This document shows, one piece after another, positions 8,699 to 22,757 of a stretch of DNA of 64,000 nucleotides. Each line of letters starts with the position of its first letter. Positions within the stretch are counted from its first letter, which is position 1. This DNA is from the human T2T-CHM13v2.0 reference genome, Homo sapiens, in assembly GCF_009914755.1 (NCBI RefSeq), contig NC_060928.1; one strand, written 5' to 3'. A model generated the notes under the pieces. The model saw only the letters and a program-made list of their open reading frames with translations, was not told where the DNA came from and did no database searches. Position numbers and translations under genes: made by a program.

Positions 8699-11600
8699 AG
8701 CACTTCTTGTTGAATTGATCCCTTTACCATTATGTAATGGCCTTCTTTGTTTCTTTTGATCTTTGTTGGTTTAAAGTCTGTTTTATCAGAGACTAGGATT
8801 GCAACCTCTGCTTTTTTTTGTTTTCCATTTGCTTGGTAGATCTTCCTCCATCCCTTTATTTTGAGCCTATGTGTGTCTCTGCACGTGAGATGGGTCTCCT
8901 GAATACAGCACACTGATGGTCTTGACTCTTTAACCAATTTGCCAGTCTGTGTCTTTTAACTACGGCATTTAGCCCATTTGATTTAAGGTTAATATGATGT
9001 GTGAATTTGATCTTGTCATTAGGATTTTAGCTGGTTATTTTTCCCATTAATTGATGTAGTTTCTTGCTAGCATTGATGGTCTTTACAATTTGGCATGCTT
9101 TTTTGCAGTGGCTGGTACTGGTTGTTTCTTTCCAGGTTTAGTGCTTCCTGCAGGAGCTCTTTTAGGGCAGGCCTGGTGGTGACAAAATCTCTCAGCATTT
9201 GCTTGTCTGTTAAGGATTTTATTTCTCCTTCACTTATGAAGCTTAGTATGGCTGGATATAAAATTCAGGGTTGAAAATTCTTTTCTTTAAGAATGTTGAA
9301 TATTGGTCCCCACTCTCTTCTGGCTTGTAGGGTTCCTGCCGAGAGATCCGCTGTTAGTCTAATGGGCTTCCCTTTGTAGGTAACCTGACCTTTCTCTCTG
9401 ACTTCCCTTAACATTTTTTTCTTAATTTCAACCTTGGTGAATCTGACAATTATGTGTCTTGGGGTTGCTCTTCTTGAGGAGTATCTTTGTGGTGTTCTCT
9501 ATATTTCCTGAATTTGAATGTTGGCCTGTCTTGCTAGGTTGGGGAAATTCTCCTGGATAATATCCTGAAGAGTTTTTCCAACTTGGTTCCATTCTCCCCA
9601 TCACTTTTAGGTACACCAATCAAGTGTGGATTTGGTCTTTTCACATAGTCCCGTATTTCTTGGAGGCTTTGTTCATTTCTTTTTACTCTTTTTTCTCTAA
9701 ACTTGTTTTCTAGCTTTATTTCATTAATTTGATCTTCAATCACTGATACCCTTTCTTCCACTTGATCAAACCAGCTATTGAAGCTTGTGCATGCATCACA
9801 AATTCTCGTGCCATGGTTTTCAGCTCCATCAGGTCATTTAAGGTCTTCTCTACACTGTTTATTCTAGTTTGCCATTTGGCTAACCTTTTTTCAAGGTTTT
9901 TATCTTCCTCGTGATGGGTTCAAACATGATCCTTTAGCTCGGAGAAGTTTGTTATTACTGACCTTCTGAAGCCTACTTCTGTGAACTTGTCAAAGTCATT
10001 CTCCAACCAGCTTTGTTCCTTTGCTGGCAAGGAGCTGTTTTCCTTTGAAGGAGAAGAGGCACTCTGGTTTTTAGAATTTTCAGCTTTTCTTCTCTGGTTT
10101 CGCACCATCTTTGTGGTTTTATCCAACTTTGATCTTTGATGTTGGTGACCTACAGATGGGGTTTTGGTGTAGATGTCCTTTTTGTTGATGTTGATGCTAT
10201 TCCTTTCTGTTTGTTAGTTTTCCTTCTAACAGTCAGGTCCCTCAGCTGCAGGTCCATTGGAGTTTGCTGGAGGTTCACTCCAGACACTGTTTGCCTGGGT
10301 ATCACCAGCAGAGGCTGCAGAACAGCTAATATTGCAGAACGGCAAATATTGCTGCCTAATCCTTCTGAAGCTTTGTCCCAGAGAGGCACCCTCCTATATT
10401 AGGCATTGGTCAGCCCCTACTGGGAGGTGTCTCCCAGTTAGGCTACACAGGAGTCAGGGACCCACTTGAGGAGGCAGTCTGTCTGTTCCAGAGCTCAAAC
10501 ACCATGCTGGGAGAACCACTTCTCTCTTCTGAGATGTCAGACATGGACGTTTAGGCCCGCACAAGTTGTCTGCTGCCTTTTGTTGGCTATGCCCTGCCCA
10601 CAGAGGTGGAGTCTATAGAGACAGTAAGCCTTGCTGAGCTGTGGTGGGCTCCGCCCAGTTTGAGCTTCCTGGCAGCTTTGTTTACCTACTCAAGCCTCAG
10701 CAATGGCGGACACCCCTCCTGCAGCCAGGCTGCTGCTTCACAGTTCAATTTCAAACTGCTGTGCTAGCAGTGAGCAAGGCTCTGTGGGTGTGGGACCTGC
10801 CGAGCCAGGCATGGGAGAGAATCTCCTTGCCTGACGGTTGCTAAGACCTTGGGAAAAGTGCAGTATTTGGGCGAGAGTGTCCCGTTTTTCCAGGTACAGT
10901 CTGTCATGGCTTCACTTGGCTAGGAAAGTGAAATCCCTTGACCCCTTGCACTTCGTGGGTGAGGCAACACCCTGCCCTGCTTTGGCTCACCCTCCGTGGG
11001 CTGCACCCACTGTCCAATGAATCCCAATGAGATGAACCAGGTACCTCAGTTGGAAATGCAGAAATCACCCATCTTCTGCATCAATCACACTGGGAGCTGC
11101 AGACTGGAGCTGTTCCTATTCTGCCATCTTGGAATGAAGATCCCCTTGGTAATTTTTTTGTCTGTCTATTTGATTCTTCTCTCTTTTCTTCTTTATTAGT
11201 CTGGCTAGTGGTCTATCTATTTTATTTATCCTTTCAAAAAGCCAGCACCTGGATTCATTGACTTTTTGAAGGGTTTTTTGTGTCTCCGTCTCCTTCGGTT
11301 CTGCTCTGATCTTAGTTACTTCTTGTCTTCTGCTAGCTTTTGAATTTGTTTGCTCTTTCTTCTCTTTCTTTTGAATTTGTTTGTTCTTCTCTCTTTCTAG
11401 AGAAGGACATCACTTCTTTTAGTTGTGATGTTAGGGTGTCGATTTTAGATCTTTCCTGGTTTCTCCTGTGGGCATTTAGTGCTATGAATTTCCCTCTAAT
11501 CACTGCTTTAGCTGTGTCCCAGAGATCCTGGTATGTTGTGTCTTTGTTCTCATTGGTCTCAAAGAACATCTTTATTTCTGCCTTCATTTCATTATTTACC

Positions 11601-14600
11601 CAGTAGTCATTCAAGAGAAGGTTGTTCAGTTTCCATGTAGTTGTGCAGTTTTGAGTGAGTTTCTTAATCCTGAGTTCTAGTTTGATTTCACTGTGGTCTA
11701 AGAAACTGTTTGTTATAATTTCCATTCTTTTGCACTTGCTGAGAATTGTTTTACTTCCAATTATGTGGCCAATTTTAGAATAAGTGCTACATGGTGCTGA
11801 GAAGAATGTATGCTCTGTTGATTTGGGGTGGAGCATTCTGTAGATGTCTGTTAGGTCTTCTTGTTGCAGAGCTGTGTTCAAGTCCTGAATATCCTTGTTA
11901 ATTTTCTGTCTCGTTGATCTAATATTGACAGTGGGGTGTTAAAGTCTCCCACTATTATTGTGTGAGAGTCTAAGTCTCTTCGTAGGTCTCTAAGAACTTG
12001 CTTTATGAATCTGTGTGTTCCTATATTGGGTTCATATATATTTAGGATCATTAGCTTTTCTTGTTGCATTGATCTTTTTACCATTATGTAATGCCCTTCT
12101 TTGTCTTTTTTGATCTTGTTGGTTTAAAGTCTGTTTTATCAGAGACTAGGATTGCAACCCCTGCTTTTTTTTTGCTTTCCATTTGCTTGGTAGATCTTCC
12201 TCCATCCCCTTATTTTGAGTCTATGTGTCTTTGCACGTGGGATGCATCTCCTGAATACAGCACACCGATGGGTCTTAAATCTTTATCCAATTTCCAGTCT
12301 GTGTCTTTTAATTGGAGTCTTTATCCCTTTTACATTTAAAGTTAATACTGTTATGTTTAAATTTGATCCTGTCATTATGATGTTAGCTGGTTATTTTGCC
12401 CATTAGTTGATGCAGTTTCTTCATAGTGTTGACGGTCTTTACAATTTGGTATGTCTGCAGTGGCTGGTACCGGTTTTTCCTTTCCATATTTAGTGCTTAC
12501 TTCAGGAGCTCTTGTAATGCAGGCTGGGTGGCCACAAAAATCTCTCAGCATTTGTTTGTCTCTTAAGGATTTTATTTCTCCTTTGCTTATGAAGCTTAGT
12601 TTGGCTGGATAGGAAATTCTGGGTTGAAAATTCTTTTCTTTAAGAATGTTGAATATTGGCCTTCACTCTCTTTGGCTTGTAGGGTTTCTGCAGAGAGATC
12701 CGCTGTTAGTCTGATGGGCTTCCCTTTGTGGGTAACCTGACCTTTCTCTCTGGCTTTCCTTAAGATTTTTTCCTTAATTTCAACCTTGGTGAATCTGACG
12801 ATTATGTGTCTTGGGGTTGATCTTCTTGAGGAGTATCTTTGTGGTGTTCTCTGTATTTCCTGAATTTGAATGTTGGCCTGTCTTGCTAGGTTGGAGATGT
12901 TCGCCTGGATAATATCCTGAAGTGTTTTCCATCTTGGTTCCATTCTCCCCATCAGTTTCAGGTACAGGAATCAAATGTAGGTTTGGTCTTTTCACATAGT
13001 CCCATATTTCTTGGAGGATTTGTTCATTCCTTTTCATCCCTTTGTCTCTAATCTTGTGTTTGTACTTTGTTTTATTAAGTTGATCTTCAATCTCTGATAT
13101 CCTTTCTTCTGCTTGATCAATTCAGGTGTTGATACTTGTGTATGCTTCACAAAATTCTTGTGCTGTGTTTTTCAGCTCCATCAGGTCATTTATGTTCTTC
13201 CTTAAACTGGTTATCCTAGTTAGCAATTCCTCTAATGTTTTCTCAAGGTTCTTAGCTTCCTTACATTGGGTTAGAACATGCTCCTTTAGCTCAGAGGAGT
13301 TTGTTATTTCTCACCTTCTGAAGTCTACTTTTGTGAATTCATCCTACTCATTCTCCATCCAGTTTTGTTCCCTTGCTGGCAAGGAGTTGTTAAACTTTGG
13401 AGAGGAGGCATTCTGATTTTTGGAATTTTCAGCCTTTTTGCACTGTTTTTTCCTTATCTTTGTGGATTTATCTACTTTTGTTCTTTGGTGTTGGTGACCT
13501 TTGGATGGGTTTCTGTGTGGACATCCTTTTTGTTGATATTGATGCTATTCCTTTCTGTTTGTTACTTTTCTTTCTAGCAGTCAGGCCCCTCTGCTGCAGG
13601 TCTGCTGGAGTTTGCTGGAGTTCCACTCCAGACCCTGTTTGCCTGGGTATCACCAGCAGAGGCTGCAGAACAGCAAAGATTGCTGCTTGTTGCTTCCTCT
13701 AGAAGCTTTGTCCCAGAGGAGCACCCACCAGATGCCAGCTGGAGCTCTCCTGTGTGAGGTGTCTGTCGACCCCTGCTGGGAGGTGTCTCCCCATCAGGAG
13801 GCACGGAGGTCAGGGACCCACTTGAGGGGGCAGCTGTCCCTTGGCAGAGCTCAAGCATTGTGCTGGGAGGTCCACTGCTCTCTTCAGAGCCAGCAGGCAG
13901 GAACATTTAAGTCTACTTAATCTGTGCCCATAGCTGCCCCTTCCCCCAGCTGCTCTGTCCCGGGGAGATGGGAGTTTTATTGGGGCTGCTGCCCTTCTTT
14001 CAGAGATGTCCTGCTGACAGAGGAGGAATCTAGAGAGGCAGTCTGCCTAAAGTGGCTTTGAGGTGCCGCGGTGGGCTCCACTCTGTCCCAACTTCCTGGT
14101 GGCTTTGTTTACACCATGATGGAAAAACTGCCTACTCCAGTCTCAGTAATGGCAAATGTCCCTCCCACCACCAAGCTCGAGCATCCCAGATTGACTTCAG
14201 ACTGCTGTGCTGGCAGCAAGAATTTCAAGCCAGTGGATCTTAGCTTGCTTGGCTCCATTGGGGCAGGATCCACTGAGCTAGACCACTTGGCTCCCTAGCT
14301 TCAGCCCCCTTTCCAGGGGAGTGAACGGTTCTGCCTCCCTGGCATTCCAGGCACCACTGAGGTTTGAAAAAAAAAAATCTCCTGCAGCTAGCTCGGCATC
14401 TGCCCAAATGGCTGCCCAGTTTTGTGCTTGAAATCTAGGTCCCTGGTGGTGTAGGCACCTGAGGGAATCTGCTGGTCTGTGGGTTGTGAAGACCATGGGA
14501 AAAGGGTAGTATCTGGGCTGGAATGCACTGTTCCTCATGGCAGAGTCCCTCAGGGCTTCTTTTGGCTAGGGGAGGGAGTTCCCTGACCCCTTGCCCTTCC

Positions 14601-14784
14601 CAGGGGACATGGCACTCCACCCTGCTTCCACTTGCCCTCTGTGGGCTGCACCCAGTGTCTAACCAGTCCCAATGAGATGAGCTGGTTACCTCAGTTGGAA
14701 ATGCAGAAGTCATTCACCTTCTGCATTGATCTTGTTGGGAGCTGCAGAGTGGAGCTGTTCCTATTTGGCCATCTTGCTCACAAC

Positions 14785-15830
14785 CTCTATAATATGTTTT
14801 AAGGTTGGGTTGTGCGATGCCTCCAGCTTTGTTCTTTTGCTTAGCATTGCTTTGGCTATTCATGCTCTTTTTTGGTTCCATGTGAATTTTAAGATTTTTT
14901 TTTCTATTTCAGTGAAAAATGACATTGGTATTTTGATAGGGATTGCATCAAATCTGTAGATCGCTTTGGGTAGTACAGTCATTTCAATGATGTTAATTCT
15001 TCCAATCCATGAGCATGAAAGGTTTTTCTATTTGTTTGTGTCATCTTCAATTTATTTCATCAGAGTTTTATAGTTTTCCTTGTAGAAGTGTTTTACCTCC
15101 TTGGTTAAATTTACTCCTAGATATTTTAATTAATTAATTAATTAATTAATTTGCAGTTAACATTAATAGGATTACATTATTGATTTTTTCCTTGGCTGGT
15201 TCATTATTGATTTATAGAAACACTACTGATTTTTCTATGTTGATTTTGTGTTCTTCAACTTTCGTGAATTCATTGAGCAGATCTAAGAGTTTATTTTTTT
15301 GGTGGAGTCTTTAAATTGATTTAGATATAAGATTATGTCATCTGCAAAAAGGAGCACCTTGCCTTGCTCTTTTGCAATTTAGATACCTTTTATTTCTTTC
15401 TCTTGCCTGATTTCTCTGGCTAGGACTTCTACTATTATGTTGAACAGGAGTGGTGGAAGTGGAAATCTTTGTCTTGTTCCAGTTCTTAAAGGAAAGGCTG
15501 TTAACTTTTCTCCATTCGATATGATGTTAGCTGTGGGCTTATCATATATGGCCTTTATTATGTTGAGGTATGTTCCTTCTAGGCCAGGTTTCTTGAGATT
15601 TTATCACTAAGGGATGTTGAATTTTATCAAATGCTTTTTCTTTATATATTGAGATGATCATAATGGTTTTTCTGTTAATGTGATGAGTCACATTTATTGA
15701 TTTGCACAGGTTGAACCATCCCACTTGATCATGGTATATTATCTTTTTCATAGGCTGTTGGATATGGTTTACTAGCATTTTGTTGAGGATTTTTGTATTT
15801 ATAGTTACCGAGGATATTGGCCTGTAGTTT

Positions 15831-15918
<88 letters not shown>

Positions 15919-18900
15919 TTCTGTGTCCTTTTTTTGCTATCAGGTTAATGCTGGCCTCATAGAATGAGTTAGGAAGAATTCCCTTCTCTAATTTTCTGGA
16001 ATAGTTTAAGGAGAATTGGTGCTAATTCTTTGTATGTTTGGTGGAATTTGGCAGTGAAGACATCCAGTTCTGGACTTTTATTTGTTGGGAGACTTTTTAT
16101 TATTAATTAAATCTCATTATTTGTTATTGGTCTGTTCAGGTTTTTAAAATTTCTTCCTGATTCAATCTTGGTAGGTTGTATGTGTCTAGGAATTTACCTA
16201 TTTTCTCTAAGTTTTCCAATGTTGTAGTGTATAGTTGTTCTTAATAATCTCTGACGATCTTTTGTATTGCTGTGGTATCCATTGTAATGTCTCTTTTTTC
16301 ATTTCTGATTTTACTTGTGTCTTTTTTTCCCTTGGTTAATCTACCTAGTAGTTTATCAATTTTGCTTATCTTTTCAGAAAACCAACTTTTTGTTTCATCG
16401 ATCCTTCGTAATGTTAAACCTCAATTTTGTTTAGTTCTGCTCTGATCTTTATTATTTCTTTTCTGTTAATTTTGGGCTTGGTTTATTCTTGCCTTTTTAG
16501 TTTCTTGAGGTGCACTGGTAGATTATTTATTTGAAATCTTTCTACATTTTTGCTGTAGGCATTTATTGCTATAAACCTCTCTTAGCCCTGCTTTTGTTGT
16601 ATCCCATAGGTTTTAGTATGTTGTATTTAGATTTTCACTGTTTCAAAAAATTTTTTTATTTTTCCCTTTAATTTCTTCCTTGACCCAGTGGTAGTTCAGG
16701 TGCATATTGTTTAATTTTTATGTATTTAAACACTTTCCAAAGTTCTGTTGTTATTGGTTTCTAGGTTTATTCTATTTTGTTCTGAGAAGATACTTGATAT
16801 AATTTCAATTTTTAAGATTCTTTTGAGACTTGTTTTGTGTCCTAGCATATGGTCTGTTCTGGAGAATATTCCATGTACTTATGAAAAGAATGTATATTCT
16901 GTAGCTTTTGGATGAAATGTCTGTTAGGTCCATTTGGTCCAATGTGCAGTTTAAATATAATGTTTCTTTGTTTATTTTCTGTCTAGATAATTTATCTAAT
17001 GTTGAGAGTGGGGCGTTTATGTCACCAACAATTATTGTATTGGAATCTATCTCTCCCTTATATTTAATATTTGCTTTATATATCTGGATGCTCTGGTGTT
17101 GGGTCCATGTTTAGAACTGTTATATCATTTTGCTGAACGGATCCCTGTATCATTATATAATGACCTCTCATCTCTTTTTACTATTTTTGACTTAAAGTAT
17201 GTTTTATCTGATATAAATATAGCTTCTCTTGCTAATTTTTGGTTTCTACTTGTATGAAATATCTTTTTCTATCCCTCTATTTTCAGTGCATATGTGTCTT
17301 TATAGGTGAAGTAAGTTTTTTATAGACAGCATATAGTTGAGTCTTGCTTTTTAAAATCCATTGAACCAGTTTATATCTTTTAAGTGGAAAGTTTAAGGTT
17401 TACATTCAAGCTTATTAATATGTAAGTGCTGATTCTTGTAATGTTATTAATTGATTTCTGATTATTTTGAATATCCTTTATTTCTTTCTTCCTCTTTTAT
17501 TGTTTATCATTGTGGTTTTTTGTAGGGATAGCACTTGAGTCTTCTATTCCTCATTTGTGTGCTTGCTCTACCAGTGGGTTATATAATTTTGGTATTTTCA
17601 TGATGGTAGATACCATCCTTTCACTACTATGTGTATGATTCCCTTAAGCATTTCTTGTATGGCTGGTCTAGTGGTGATGAATTCCCTCTGCTTTTGCTTT
17701 TCTGGGAAAGACTTTATTTCTCCTTTATTTATGAATGAGAACTTCTGGGTGGTGTATCCTTGGCTGGCAGTCTTTTTTCCTTCAGCTCTTTGAATGTATT
17801 GTTGCATTCTCTCCTGACCTGTAAGGTTTCTGTTAAGAAATCTAGTGTTCATCTGATGGGGCTTCCTTTATAAGTGACTAGTCACTTTTCCTGTTTTTAT
17901 AATTTCATTTTTTGTCTTTGACTTTTGACAGTTTGATGATAATGTGCTGTGAATAAGAAGACATTTTGAAATTGTATCTGTTTGGAAATATTTGAGCTTC
18001 TTGCATTTGGATGTCTGTATCTCTTGCTAGACTTAGGAAGTTTTCAGCTACTATTTTTTATATAGGTTTCTATTCCCTTCATTTTCTGTTCCCTTTCTGG
18101 GACACTGAGAATTTGAATATTTGGTCACTTTGTGGTGCTCCATATGTGATGTAGGCTTTGTTTCTTCTTTAGAATTCTCTTTTCTTTATTTTTTTGTCTG
18201 ACTGGGTTATTTCAGAAAACCAGTTTTCAAGTTGTGAAGTTTTTTCTTCTGCTTAATCTAGTCTATTGTTGAAGCTTTCAAGTGTATTTTGTATTTCATT
18301 CAATGAATTCTTCAGTTCCAGAATTTCTGTTTGATACTTTTTAATGATATTGATCTATTTGCTAAGTTTCTCATTCATACCCTGAATTGTTTTTCTGACT
18401 TCGTTTATTGTTTTTCTTAGTTCTTTTGTATCTCACTGAGCTTCAATATTATTTTTAATTCTTTTACCAGGAATTTCTGGAAGAAATTCATAAATTTCTT
18501 AATTGAAATCTGTTGCTGGAGAATTATTGTGTTCTTGTGGAAGTGTTTATATTTTCTTGCTTTTCCATATTTTTTGTGTCCTTATGTTGATATATGCACA
18601 TCTGGTGTAATAGTCATCTCTTCCAAGTTTTTGACTTCGATTTTGTAGGGAAAGACTATTTTCTAAAGACGTATCTATGGTTCTGTTTATGTAGGGCACT
18701 TTCGCTTTGATTCCATGTGTGTATACACTAGTATAGTCCCCATATGGTTTCTTCAGCTATAAACACATCAGTAATGTCTCTGATTTTCTCAGTGGATTAG
18801 GTTGCAATTTTTAGTGGAGGCCATGTTTAAAGTTTTGCTGGGGATGGAGACATCACATGGTCCAGTTCTCAGGACCCATTGGTCACGGTGGCAGGCTAAG

Positions 18901-19820
18901 TGTGCCTATCACTGGGCCCCTCGGCAGTGTCATGGGCACTGATGTTAGCAGGTCCAGGTGCATGAGTTTTGGACCTCTGGGCAGCTTACTCAGGTGTGGA
19001 AGCAGTGGCAATGTTAATCAGGCAAGTGGGAAGGTCCTTGAGCCCTTGGGCAGTGGGCATGACATGGACAATGGCAGTAGCAGTGGTGGGAGTACCCTCT
19101 GGCTTCCATGTGGTCTGTGCTGGTGTTGGTGGTGGCTGTGACGGCCTGGGCAGGTTAGTTTCTGGGCCTGCAGGTGGCTTTGGTGGATGAATGCCAGCTG
19201 TGGTGGTAGTGGCAGGTTGGTTGGGCTCATCCTTAGGCCACTGGGCATGTGCTTGGGCACTGCGAAGGAGTATACAGTTGGGGCAGGTGGGTCTGTTCTC
19301 ACACTCATTGGTGGTGTCTGTGGTAGCTGGCTGTGGTAGGCAAGGATGGGGTGATTCCCAGGCCCCTGGTGGAATCTTCAGGAGGGGGGTGGCAGTGGCT
19401 GTGTTGTGAAGATGGGGTTCAATACATCTTCAGATGAGTGTGGCAGTGGGTCTGTTGTGAAGGTGGCATCTGCTGCTGGTGAAGATGGGGTTGCTTTTAG
19501 TGGCAGCAGCCACAAACAGACGGCTGGGGAGCACATGCTTCAGCAATAAATGGTGGCTATATGCAGGGTAACTTTCCTCAGGGCACTTTTAAATGTATGA
19601 TGGCTCTGCTATTGGCTGTGGTGTGGTCACTGCCAGTGGCTCTGTCTTTGGTCCTGGTGAGAGCAGCCAGCAATGGTACCTGGGTATGATCAGTGGATGT
19701 CAATGGGGCTTTGGAGATATGGAGGTGTAGGAGTTACTGGGCTCCTAGGTGGAATGCATTCTGGTAGGGGCTGGGCCTTCAGGATAGCACCTTGTGAGTA
19801 CCAGATGCCTCTAGTCAGCT
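14785..19820 (-). mobile_element. Older LINE-1 (L1PB/L1M-like): ORF2, ORF1 and GC-rich 5' region, 3' end missing
   Basis: Degenerate ORF2 ([11 protein letters not shown] at ~15.6 kb) and ORF1 (GEIKSFPEKQKQREFITTRPA at ~17.7 kb). GC-rich 5' UTR-like region at ~18.8-19.8 kb. Confidence 0.8.
15830..15920. repeat. (TTTC)n tetranucleotide microsatellite
   Basis: About 22 consecutive TTTC units. Confidence 0.97.
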
Positions 19821-19838
19821 GTCTTAAATCCCTTTCAA

Positions 19839-21322
<1,484 letters not shown>

Positions 21323-22050
21323 TAGTATTTTCATGGCTTCACTTTTCCTATTTAATTTTTTATGCACTTGAATTTACTTTTTAGTAAATAGTAAGATAGA
21401 GATCACTTCTTTTTTTAAAAAAGAAAATGCTACTAGCTTTACAACTTATTTTATAATCCAACTTCTTCCCATTGATATGGAATTTTACCTTTATTTTACC
21501 CTAAAACCTCAAATGTATGCAATTCCATTTAGAAAGTTTTAGTTCTAGTCCACAGATCTATCAATCCTGGAACATGTTATGTCAGATAAAAATATTTTTA
21601 GCTTTCTGTAATGTCTGGCAAGATGTATCTGCTCATCAGTCTCTATCAGAATTTTGCTGATTATTCTTCTTTTTAAAAGCCGTATTGTGGTGTAATTGAC
21701 ATAAAATAGACTGCATATGTTTAACGTGAACAACTTGATTTGTTTTGGCATAGGTATATACCTGTGAAACCATTATTACAATCAAGATAATATATTCTTG
21801 ACCCCCAAATTTTTGCTGTGACCCTTTGAGGTCACTATCTCTTGCTCCTTCCTGTCTCTCTCATTCCCAAGCAATCACTTACTGATCTTCTTTTTGTAAC
21901 TATGAGATTAGTTTGCATTTCCTAAGATTCTATACATATGAAATCATATATGTAAAGTCTTTTTTCTGACTTCTTTCATTCAGTGTAATTTTTCTTTCAG
22001 ATTCATCCTTCTTGTTTTATGTATCAGCAGTTCATACTTTTTACAGCTGA

Positions 22051-22360
<310 letters not shown>

Positions 22361-22381
22361 TCTAACATTCTATTGTATGAA

Positions 22382-22757
22382 TGTATTAGTTGGCTTGGGC
22401 TGCCACAACAAAATGCCAATAGACTAGGTGGCTTAACCAACAGAAATTTATTTTTCACAGTTTGGAGGCTGGGAAGTCCAAGATCAAGGTATCAGATGAT
22501 TCAATTTCTGATGAGGTCTCTCTTCCTGGCTTGCAGTTGCCTTCTCACTGTATCTTCATATGGCCTTTCCTCTGTGCATGCACACAGAGAGTTTCCTCTT
22601 TTTATAAGGCCACCCATCACATTATGAGGGCCCCACTCACATGACCTAATCTAACTCTAATTACCTCTCAAAGGTTCCATCTCCAAATACCATCACACTG
22701 GGGACTAGAGCTTTAATGTACGAATTTTAGGCAGACACAAACATTCAGTCCATAACA
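22382..22757 (-). mobile_element. MLT1A-like MaLR solo LTR
   Basis: TGTATTAGTT...GGGCTGCCACAACAAA...ATTCAGTCCATAACA; TG...CA termini; ~375 bp. Confidence 0.85.

Larger units (their letters stand above)
5021..11135 (-). mobile_element. L1PA6-like LINE-1 nested in the L1PA7-like element, with an internal ORF2 deletion and the MORF4 insertion
   Basis: Short T-tract and 3' UTR at 5021; 5' terminus GCCATCTTGG at 11123-11132. Degenerate TSD ATCCCCTTTGTCATTTTTTT (5007-5026) / ATCCCCTTGGTAATTTTTTT (11140-11159). Confidence 0.93.
2252..14780 (-). mobile_element. Near-full-length L1PA7-like LINE-1, split into 2252-5026 and 11140-14780 by a nested L1
   Basis: 3' UTR and ORF2 RT/C-terminal fragments at 2252-5020 (FADD motif in ORF 3708-4727). 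ORF2 resumes seamlessly at 11160, followed by EN, ORF1 fragments and a long 5' UTR ending with GCCATCTTG at 14768-14776. ORFs are disrupted. Confidence 0.92.

Noticed and set aside
15125-15152. (TAAT)n palindromic run as a homeodomain array
   Set aside because: It is a simple slippage repeat inside an L1 ORF2 remnant
18780-19820. GC-rich region as a CpG island or gene promoter
   Set aside because: It is CpG-depleted and positioned as the 5' region of the old L1
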